Under the pieces are notes generated by a model, which worked only from the letters and a program-made list of their open reading frames with translations, did not search any database and had not been told where the DNA came from. A stretch of DNA of 33,539 nucleotides. Source: Paraglomus brasilianum (Eukaryota). Position numbers and translations under genes: made by a program. The stretch is taken from NCBI GenBank assembly GCA_910592345.1, contig CAJVPI010000358.1, positions 1 through 33,539 on the forward strand, read 5' to 3'. Below, piece after piece: positions 23,401-33,539 of this stretch; positions within the stretch are counted from its first letter, which is position 1; each line of letters begins with the position of its first letter.

Positions 23401-26400
23401 GGGTCTCTCTCTATGGAAGCACACTCAACGCTAGCAATTGCGATGAATCGGATTGGTGGCAAATCGAATACAGGAGAAGGTGGAGAAGACCCGGAACGTT
23501 CGATACCAAGACCCAACGGCGACTCGCTACGATCATCTATCAAACAAGTAGCGTCTGGTCGGTTTGGTGTAACTTCATACTATCTCTCAGATTCGGATGA
23601 ATTACAGATTAAAATGGCACAAGGTGCTAAACCCGGTGAAGGTGGCGAACTTGTCGGCGGCAAAATTAGCAAAGAAATTGCATCCACCCGCAAGACTGTT
23701 CCAGGAGTTGGGTTGATATCTCCACCTCCACATCACGACATTTACTCCATCGAAGACTTGAAACAGCTTATTTACGATCTGAAATGTTCCAATCCACGTG
23801 CTCGTGTTTCTGTAAAATTAGTATCGGAAGTGGGCGTTGGTATCGTTGCTTCAGGTGTTGCGAAAGCCAAAGCTGACCATATTTTGATTTCTGGTCACGA
23901 TGGTGGCACGGGTGCTTCTCGTTGGACTAGTATTAAGTACGCTGGCCTTCCATGGGAACTTGGTTTAGCTGAAACGCATCAGACTTTGGTATTAAACGAT
24001 CTTCGTGGACGTGTAGTAGTCCAAACGGATGGTCAGATTAGAACAGGTCGTGATGTCGCCATAGCTTGTTTGTTAGGTGCTGAAGAATGGGGCTTTGCTA
24101 CTGCACCGTTAATTGCTATGGGTTGTATTATGATGAGAAAGGTATGTAATACTAAACATTCGCTAGAGAATTTGAGAAAATGTACTAAATCTTTTTTTAA
24201 ACGGTAATAGTGTCACTTGAACACATGCCCAGTTGGCATCGCCACCCAAGATCCTGAACTCCGTAAGAAATTTGAAGGGCAACCCGAACATGTCATTAAC
24301 TTCTTTTATTATATTGCCGAGGAATGCCGACAGATAATGGCCAAACTAGGATTCCGGACTATAGACGAAATGGTTGGTCGCACTGACAAACTAAAAGTCA
24401 ACGAATCATTCCGTACCCCCAAGACACATAATATAGACCTTTCGCCTATCCTAACTCCCGCGTTTACTTTACGACCTGACGTCGCCACACATAACGTTCG
24501 CAAACAAGATCATAGACTCTATATTCGCCTTGACAACAAACTTATCGATGAAGCAGAAGCAGCAATAACAAAGAAAGAACCCGTCGTTATTGATTGCTCA
24601 ATTATCAATACTGATCGTGCATTCGGTACAACACTTTCTAATCATGTGTCCAGACAGTTTGGCGAGAAGGGCTTACCTGATGATACAATACATATAAACG
24701 TTAAAGGCTCTGCTGGCCAGTCTTTTGGTGCCTTCCTTGCTCCGGGTATAACACTCGAATTAGAGGGAGATGCAAATGACTATGTCGGAAAAGGACTTTC
24801 TGGTGGTCGCATTATAGTATATCCACCGAAAGTGTCTATCTTCAAGTCAGAAAACAACATCATTGTAGGAAACGTGTGCTTATATGGTGCAACTGCCGGT
24901 CAAGCGTTCTTCCGTGGTATTGCATCCGAACGTTTCTGCGTCCGTAATTCCGGTGCTACTGCCGTTGTAGAGGGTGTTGGTGATCATGGATGTGAATATA
25001 TGACTGGCGGTCGTGTTGTTGTCTTGGGATCCACAGGCCGTAATTTTGCTGCTGGTATGAGTGGTGGATTCGCATATGTGCTGGATACAGCGGGTGATTT
25101 CAAATCCAAGTGCAACACCGAAATGGTCGAGTTGGGCACCGTTAATGACTCTGAAGAAACCGCTTTCCTTCGGCGATTGATCGAAGACCATCGCCATTAT
25201 ACCGGATCAGAAGTAGCGGATCGAGTACTTAAGAACTTTAATCAATATCTTCTACGATTCGTTAAAGTCATACCTATCGAATATAAACTTGCACTAGAGA
25301 AACAAAGACGCTTAGATGAAGAAGAAAAGAAAAAGGTGGAAAAAATAATAACACCAGAGGCCCAAGTATCCGCCAAGAACGAACCAAGCATAGCTGATAT
25401 TGAAGATACTCAAGTAGACGAGGCGATGGCAAAGAAAAGATTGGAGACAATAGACAAAGTGCGTGGTTTTATGAAATACAAGAGAAAGGTCGACAATTAT
25501 CGTAATCCTCGCAAGAGAGCTAAGGACTGGAAGGAAATCAACGCTCGGCTTAATGAAGCGGATCTCAAAGTTCAAGCAGCAAGATGTATGGATTGTGGCG
25601 TACCGTTCTGTCAGTCCGACACGGGATGTCCAATCGGTAATATTATTCCAAAGTGGAACGACCTTGTATTCAGAGATCAATGGGAAGATGCACTCAATCG
25701 ATTGATGATGACTAATAATTTCCCTGAATTTACTGGACGTGTATGTCCTGCTCCATGCGAGGGTGCCTGTGTTCTCGGTATCAACGAAGCACCAGTCAGT
25801 ATCAAGTCTATCGAGTGTGCTATTGTTGACAGGGGATTCGAGATGGGTTGGATCATACCCACACCCCCTTCTATGCGTACTGGTAGGAAAGTTGCTATTA
25901 TTGGATCTGGTCCTGCTGGACTCGCTGCGGCTGATCAGTTGAATAAGGCTGGACACGAAGTCACCGTTTATGACCGTAATGATCGGTTTGGTGGGTTACT
26001 TATGTACGGTATTCCGAACATGAAACTCGATAAAAAAATAGTTCAACGACGTATTGACCTTCTTGCCGCCGAAGGAATCAAGTTTGTTGCTAATGCTCAT
26101 GTTGGGGTCAACGTCGATGCTAATAAGATCCGTCGCGAGAATGATGCACTCATTGTTGCAACTGGTGCGACGTGGCCACGTGACTTACCTATACCCAACC
26201 GCAATCTCGATGGTATTCACTTTGCTATGGAATTCTTGCAGTTGAATCAGCAATCTCTGCTTGACTCGAATCTGGAAAATGGGAAATACATTGAGGCCAG
26301 AGGCAAGAATGTGATTGTCATCGGTGGTGGTGATACCGGCAATGACTGTATTGGTACAAGTGTCCGTTTGGGTAAGTGCTGGTTCTTAACATTTTAGTAT

Positions 26401-27095
26401 TTCTATGATTATTTCATCAATATTGTACGTACTTGAAAATTAACGAATCTCGCTTGTTGTTTTTATTCTATTGGTTAGGTGCTAAATCGATTCTGAACTT
26501 TGAGCTACTTCCACAACCCCCTGCAAATCGCGCTCCCGACAATCCGTGGCCGACGTTCCCGCGCACGTTCAAAGTCGATTACGGACATGCAGAAGTACAA
26601 ATGCAATATGGCCGTGATCCTCGTGAATACGCTATTCTTACCAAAGAATTTATATCTGATGGCAAGGGACATGTATCCGGTGTTAATACCATACGCGTTG
26701 AATGGACAAAAGAACCCTCGGGACGATGGCGAATGAAAGAACTTCCCGGTACGGAGAAGTTTTTCGAGGCTGACCTCGTCTTGTTGGCTCTTGGATTCTT
26801 AGGGCCAGAGGAGAAATTGATTAACAGTCTTGGACTTATGACGGATGCACGAACGAACATTCAGACAGGCAAGGGCAAGTACTCAACAGTAGTACCTGGA
26901 GTGTTTGCGGCTGGTGATTGTCGACGTGGGCAGAGTTTGATTGTATGGGGCATTAATGAGGGTAGACAGTGTGCTCGCGAAGTTGATCAATATTTAATGG
27001 GTGATACTAATTTGCCAGTTACTGGTGGCATCAAACAACGCTCTCTAGAGTCGTTGTCTCAAAAAATGCGTGTTGGTCTCGTTGTATCAAATTAA
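20443..27095 (+). CDS. GLT1: NADH-dependent glutamate synthase (GOGAT), fused large and small subunit type, 5 exons, about 2099 aa
   Basis: Exons: 20443-22014, 22108-22960, 23045-24141, 24211-26371, 26479-27095 (6300 nt, in frame). Motifs: EKDA/CGVGF (Ntn amidotransferase Cys), [63 protein letters not shown] ([3Fe-4S]), GXGXXG repeats, [34 protein letters not shown]. Confidence 0.98.
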
Positions 27096-28073
27096 AAAAA
27101 AGGGGTTAATTTCTTGTTATCGCTATAGATTTTTACATAATTAGGTTATATAATGCGGTCTATTGTACAAATTATGGACTTTTTGTCTGAATTTAATATT
27201 TATTATGTAATTTTTATATAAATAGCTATAATCTTTTTTGTACAATTGCACGTCATAAAACAGTAAATATCAATAAAGTCACTGTATAAACAGAAAAAAT
27301 ACCGGAAAAATCTAAAAATGTAAACGCATATGGTATATGCCTATGATGTGAAAGCGGAAACCTTAAAGTGAAAGGACCTTTTTGCAAGGAAAAGCAGAAC
27401 ACAACCGAGACCTGCTGTTATGGGTCAATTTCTCAGTCCTTGCCTCTTTCTTTCCCCTCACACGTATAACGTGGCATTTCAACATCAAGCTGATTTCGAA
27501 TCACGGATAAAATCGAGAAAAAAAATACAATAAACCATAAATTCAATAAACACGACAAGGGATTGATACTTTCAGATGAACGGCCTCTATCATTCTGTAT
27601 AAGTTAATAATAGGAAATGAATAACCATGGTCCACGAAACTCACTGCTTGCACAAGATTAATCTTGCACAAAAAATATTGATCTTTTTCAAAGATACAAG
27701 CGATACACGCTCAAGAATTAGTGTTTTTGTCTTCTTTCCTAACTTGTTAATCAGTAACACGTTACAAAAACGATAATATGTTTATATTAATTAAGAAAAT
27801 GAGCGGATTTGAAACGTTATTGCGTGATTGACTAAATGATAAAATAACATGTGTGGATGAGTCGCAAAAGATATTTAATATCATTAAAATTTTTTGTTAC
27901 TTCTAGCATTGTCCCTCTACCATCGAAATTTGGACATCAAGAAAACCTTGCATGATATCCGTCCTAGATCAACGCACCAACATACAAGAACAATAAATAA
28001 CAGATGATACAACTTCTATGACTGTAGTTGTGTCCAATCTCTGTAACGATTCAACATAATGGTGACATGTGAA

Positions 28074-30036
28074 TCATTCGTCTTTCTTTGTATTAGACGT
28101 TCTTCCGTATTCCTTTTCAACATACTCCAATCCCCTTTTAACTAGCACGCTGCCTTCTTCATAGACGACACACCAAAATGCATGTATGCAAAATATCAAA
28201 TATCCAATAGAATATACTGTCCACTCAAATATAATCCACAATATTTTTGCAGCTGCCCATGCTTTCGTCAATTCGACTCGTTTTCCTCTAACATAGGTTG
28301 CATCGGCTATTGCAAAAGGCGGCACAGCTCCTAGCGTCACTGCAGCTCTTAACCCAGACGTAAATCCATCCTCATGAAATCCGTACTTTGTCCATGCGCC
28401 ACAATATGATGTATGTAGACCAGGAAGGTTTTGAATTTCATGCAGTTCAGACTGAGCTGCGACTGCTGCTGGAGTGAATAATGGATGGTCATAATCCCAA
28501 GAGCCAAACGTCTTTGCCGGAGATGGTTCGTAGATTGGATTAAGAGAGACTAGGACTGGTCCATGTGTCTCTTCTGGGATTGATTGCAAAATATTCATAG
28601 AGTATGTTCTAGACAAAGGTCAAGCTCCATTAGTGTGATTTCCCGAAAAAAATTGTACCTAATGCAATAAAGATTACGAAAATACTTACAATGATACTTG
28701 ACTTATGTTACGCGCATTCTCGCCTGATTTCGTAATGTAATTCCATGAAGAAAATGCAGGTCGACGGGTTGGCATTAACTGAACGAAATCATGTTTTAAC
28801 ACCAAAGTCGGATAACGCATTCAACCGTTCAACCATTCGCAGTTCAATTGTTACCTCTAAATCCGAATGTAAAACAGCTTTGTTCTTGGTGAATTGAAAT
28901 GTTCCAAGTATTCTCTTCTCATTTTCCGTGGCTTCACTTCCCAGAATTTCCAATGCCTGATCAGCATGCGTGGCCAATATCACATGGTCATATGTTTCTC
29001 CAACGTTATTGTCGTCGTTGACGGTTATTTGCACTCCATCTGACGTAGACGTACGCGTTATGCTAGTTACTTTCGTATTTAATCGAATTGAATCTATTTT
29101 GGGAGTTATTGCACCAATGTACGTTCGGCTGAGTGATAAATGGAATATACAAATATCAGACAACTTTGTAAATACGTTATCGAAAACGTTTACAGAATTG
29201 CAAGTGTTCGACTTCAAATGATGTTATTCTCTCATCATATAGTAAAGATGCTCTATCTACCTTCCATTTTTAACAGTAAGCCATTGAACGCGGTCCACAA
29301 TTTGTAACAGACTGTGATTGTGCATGAATTGGATTAGAGTAAGAATGGGGAAATCCAGCGAACATTTATCGAGTGGGGTAGACCAAATGGCTGCTGTCAT
29401 CGGCTGCCATGAAAACGGATCGTAAAGTTGGTTAATAAATTGATGGTTTACACAAATCTCTGTACCAACACAAAACCTTTGTGCGCATACTGGGGGGTTC
29501 CCTCGTAAACTTACCAGAAGGTAATTATCCCTAAACGCCTGAGAATATCCATGCCTATCCAACCATTCACCCATATTCATCCTCCTCTCTTCATTATCTT
29601 CGGATGTATTTATCAAGTCTGTAGCTCTCCAGTTAAATCTACAGATGTCAAAAATCGTTCTCCACATATCCAAATTCAACAGATTTTCCCATTGGCAAAA
29701 CACGGTTAATAAATTCTGCCCTGCCCACTCAAAGTCGCCTTTATTTCTTGACACAGAAAACGACATATTCGAAGGCATATATTCAATTTCTTTGTGCTTG
29801 AAAAATCGAAGTAAATTAGGATATGTGGGGGGATTGAATACTATGAAACCAGTGTCCACTGGGATGGAAGTCTTAGAATTAGGTGGAGTATAGTCGACAG
29901 TGTGTGTATGTCCACCAATGTAGGAGCCAGATTCGTAGAGAGTTACATGATGTGGAGAGTGTTCAGATAATAACCACGCAGCACCCAGGCCAGAGACTCC
30001 TGAGCCGATAATAGCAACTTTCTTGGGTGTGGTCAT
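28074..30036 (-). CDS. FAD/NAD(P)-binding amine-oxidase-like oxidoreductase (COG2907-type) with a C-terminal hydrophobic segment, 5 exons, about 520 aa
   Basis: Minus-strand exons: 30036-29515, 29403-29261, 29128-28855, 28778-28690, 28608-28074 (1563 nt, in frame, GT-AG). Motifs: VAIIGSGVSGL, GGHTHTV, VDTGFIVFNPPTYPNL, SNMSFSVS, YLLPMTAAIWST, FMHNHSLL, GSRTY, DHVILATHADQAL, LHSD, SSWNY, TYSMNILQ, YDHP, CGAWTKYGFHEDGFTSG. Confidence 0.9.
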
Positions 30037-31903
30037 TATGATATTTTGGATATTTTCACAGTACTAGAGAATTCTTCCCCTAAATACTCCGAATGTTGTT
30101 CATTTGACTAATCCAAATCTCAAAGATTGGTGAGACCGTTTAAGGGGTTCAGCTGGGTGCAGCACCAAATTTGGAGGTTGACGCTCAAGAACCAATCGAA
30201 CGTTAATAAGCCATTGGGGCGAGACAGCGGACGAAAACGAAATATGAGACATCAGTTCGTCAACGAAGTAGTAGTTTACAAGTGACGCAAATTTGTATCC
30301 CATATGGCGTCATCGTTGTAATCCTTCCTTATCCATGAGCGCGACTGCACAAACAATTTATTGAGCAGGGGTGATAGTTTTGTTATATCAAGTACTTTTC
30401 GTAGCCTTCATATATATCTCTAGTTTTTGTCTATCTGCATTCATAGATCGACCATACCACGTATTGTAATTTTTGCGATATTCTTTTTTTTTTTCATTAC
30501 CCAGCTGTCAGAAGAGATTGTGCTATTCAGCCACGAAAGCAATAAATTATTATCGATTAGTCTACACATTATATGTTTATATCAACAGGGGGATCAATCT
30601 AAAAAAATTTTTTTATTCAATTGCAAATTGCGTATTCTATATTAATAAAACAGACGCGAAAAATAGAATCATGGGATTTATGGTGATACCAATTTTTTAA
30701 TATCAGCCAGTAAAAATTAGTTACATATTATTTTACGATGCGAGTTCGGGTGCTTAAATTGCCAATTTATGCTTCAAAATTACTATTTTGTTGTCATTCT
30801 GAGAATTCGAGAAGAATGAGTTTTTAATTGTAACATTTTATATTTTGAACAATGTGTCAAGCAGCATAAACTTATTTTTGAGACGTTAAGATTATCCTTA
30901 CAAGCTTGTATGATAATGTGTGAGCATATATATTTTTGGGACTTGCGCGAATTTATTTTTATTACAAAGATCTTACAATTGCAATTAGAACCAGTGCTTA
31001 TTGTAAAACTAAAGGGAAGATTACTGTGTGTGTTCCTACTATGCAATCAAATAAATGATAACTAATTTTTTAACCAGAATTCTATCTATTTTATTGTATT
31101 CACATGGGAAAAAACATGATTGTAATTGTAGAGAAATACGGTAGGAAAAGCACTTACAGTGACTCACAAACCAGTCAATGAATTCATTTACTCCCCATGA
31201 TGGACCAGTATGCGAATTTTTGGTTGCAAATTTCAACCAATTACAATGTTAAACTAAAAATAGTCTTACTTTCTGGCTTTCAATACATTTTGTGTTTTAT
31301 TGAAAAAGGCTTAAAACTTTCCGAGTTATAAATAATCAGTGTATTATGGTACACAAAGAATATTCGGTGGCACATGCAACGTAATACTAGCAGTGCTGCG
31401 ATAGTGCAGCAGAACAATAGTAATAGAGAATATATAAGTGCTGCAATAGTGCTGCATACTGATACAATATAGTAAAACAATCAATAAGAGGCGTTGCTAA
31501 AAATATGTTAATTAGTTTTTCCGAAGTAGCGTAGATTTCGGCTATTCATGCAAGTGTTCGCAGTGTTCGCAAGCGTTCATAGTGATAGACCCCTTTATTG
31601 TAAATAAAAATGAATAAATATTTAGACTAGAATCCTCACTATCATTTCAATGTCAAGTTCTTTGTCTAATTTTTCAACAAAGATTGCTAGCTTTTCCCGC
31701 TTCTAATTTTTAAAGCTTAAATAAAAAAAATGTCAAAATAATTATATTAATATTCCTCATACACGCAACTCGCTAATAATGTAGCAATCAGCCCCCCAGA
31801 AATCAACAAAGTATATACAGCAAATATTTGAAATTCACATTTACTTTGCTTCAATAAAGGTTGTGGAATCAACAATGAGATTTCAAGAGAATCAAGTACA
31901 CCT

Positions 31904-32240
31904 ATGAAGCAAGATAATACTTACAGACTTACTTTGCTTTATAGGCAAAGCAGGGATGGTAATACAGTTGAAAATTTTAGAGAATTGTGCAATAACAAAG
32001 AGCCCACAATTGCTGTTGGGGAAGTATTCGATACTGAAGAAATACTTGGTAGATATTATCCAATTGCATGGAGCGTCAAAACATTTATATTCGCATTAAA
32101 TGAAAACAAGGATCAGTGTATAATAGTTTTATTGTTAATAGTTCACAAGCCATTAGAAAAAAGACATGTCAAGTTCCAATAAGGCATTTATCAGATTGCT
32201 TGAATGGACTGATTGGGAGGTATTCTTCGTTGAAATAAAA
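31904..32240 (+). pseudogene. Degraded TLDc-domain gene fragment (BTB/TLDc-type family)
   Basis: YRLTLLYRQSRDGNTVENFRELCNNKEPTIAVGEVFDTEEILGRYYPIAW..TFIF resembles the TLDc pattern LLYRGSRDG..F..CDNKGPT..ILGGYNP..W..SFIF. It is followed by a deletion and stop, then a DWEVF remnant near 32211-32228 that is cut off from the ORF. No intact N-terminus. Confidence 0.72.
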
Positions 32241-32643
32241 GATAACCATTGTCAGGATTAATAGTACAGTAGTAATAGATGATGTGTTCCGACATTGAAC
32301 TATGTCTGCATCATCACAAACAAACCGTAGTAGAAAAATTCGGAGTAATGCAGATCAGGAAACGTAAAAATAGTACGATAAATAGTTATCTATACATTCA
32401 TCTTGCTCTTGTATTCAGTGAGAAATAGTCTTAGAAAATACGAAATTTAATTCAATAGTCTAATTTTTAGGAACGGTCAGCGGAAAATCAATCAAGTATC
32501 GTATCAGATCATTGATATAATCCACCATCCTTCTTCAGTTCGATCAATTGTATTAATTAGAGTAGCTCTTCATGTTCAATAAATTATATTTATTGGTTTA
32601 GCATATATTCAGTTCTATCGCCTTAGTAGTGTGTGTAAGCCAT

Positions 32644-33302
32644 TACAGTGTGTAAAAAAATTTTTGGCAGTTACATATTTAATCACTGAGCAACAATGAC
32701 CATAGCAATCAATATAACTAATACCTCATTTGATAACTAAAATGCAGTAGATTTATTAGCAAAATTTAATATTCTATTACTATTGCTTTCAATAACTAAC
32801 TCACATCTGCACTTTATCGACTGTACTAAATTAATTAACATGGTTTCTGGAATAGCATTCTATTTCTCTACCATCAAATGACTTAAATCTTGCTGATTTT
32901 GTGGTATTCTCTTTTTGACGTTTCTTTTAACAATATTCCAAAGATTTCTATTGGATTTAAATCGCGAAATCACGCGTATATTCTGATCGATGTACCACGC
33001 AACAATGGGGTAATTTTTTCGGTCACCAACTCTTTTGTGGTCTATACTACCAACTTTTTAAGTTTATTGTAGATAGTCCGCATTGTTGCTTTGTGAATGT
33101 CTTTGGCTGAACGGACTCCTATGTTCCAAAAATGTAATATAGTTTCTCGCTGGTTTTCTAAATCGGAACTTGCCATTTTGTTAATATTTTGTTAAAAAAG
33201 TGGCTTCTAAAAGACATTACGTTATTTAGTAGAAACCAAGTTTACGTGATTTGGGGAAAATTACGCAATTTTTTTTTACCAATAATTTCTTTACACACTG
33301 TA
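32644..33302 (-). mobile_element. Internally deleted Tc1/mariner (Tc1-type) DNA transposon, about 655 bp
   Basis: TIRs TA|CAGTGTGTAAAAAAATTTTTGGCA (from 32646) and, reverse-complemented, TA|CAGTGTGTAAAGAAATTATTGGTA (ending 33300), with TA duplications. Minus strand from ATG 33176 reads MASSDLENQRETILHFWNIGVRSAKDIHKATMRTIYNKLKKL (HTH-like). After frameshifts it reads DLNPIE/LWNIVKRNVKKRIPQNQQDL..*NAIPETMLINLVQSIKCRCELVIES, matching the Tc1 SPDLNPIENLW C-terminus. Confidence 0.88.
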
Positions 33303-33383
33303 AGTGGGAATTCGATCTTGTCCGTCAAATTCCGAGTTGGTAAAAAAACAATTGCTAATTAATTGTGTTTATTTTGATATACA

Positions 33384-33539
33384 CAGTGGCTCTCTTTATA
33401 GTGGACCTCCGTCACAGTGGATTTGGGTTATTGTGGAGGAATGATTATTTAGTTCATAAGTCGTCATCATGAAAAAACAGATTTCAGTGAGGAGGACATA
33501 ATTGCTGAATATGAATATAAACCAGAGCAAGAAGAACAA
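33384..33539 (+). mobile_element. Possible start of another degraded pogo/Tc1-like element running off the window
   Basis: CAGTGGCTCTCTTTATAGTGGAC resembles CAGT-type TIRs and has internal GTGGA repeats. It is followed by an acidic frame EKTDFSEEDIIAEYEYKPEQEEQ. The partner end is not visible and the flank is not a clean TA. Confidence 0.3.

Noticed and set aside
20453..26860. Many short antisense and alternate-frame ORFs inside GLT1 (likewise inside RNR1, the nucleoporin and the flavoprotein gene)
   Set aside because: These are shadows of long coding exons with no independent motifs.
1..33539. tRNA, rRNA, CRISPR arrays, and inteins or group I introns in RNR1 or GLT1
   Set aside because: No cloverleaf around the GTTCGA hits, no repeat-spacer periodicity, and both enzymes are colinear with their families without large insertions.

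Overview
AT-rich, intron-rich eukaryotic DNA from a fungus, most likely an early-diverging Mucoromycota/Glomeromycotina species (inferred from the TLDc relic, the Tc1 transposase style, the intron density and a minor-type intron). I reconstructed four intact spliced genes by hand. They are a divergent Nup155/Nup170-family nucleoporin (+, 28 exons), a ribonucleotide reductase large subunit (+, 10 exons), the fused NADH-glutamate synthase GLT1 (+, 5 exons) and a COG2907-type FAD oxidoreductase (-, 5 exons). Intergenic DNA holds a Tc1/mariner-type MITE, an internally deleted Tc1 element, a TLDc pseudogene and other TE debris. Four observations stand out: (1) the RNR large subunit keeps all catalytic residues but ends without the C-terminal CX2C redox-shuttle motif; (2) the first nucleoporin intron looks U12-type (minor spliceosome); (3) the COG2907 protein resembles bacterial fatty-acid-modifying desaturases and has a membrane tail; (4) a candidate spliced transcript on the minus strand near 14.2-15.2 kb contains only tiny ORFs. 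All family assignments are from motif recognition, not database searches.
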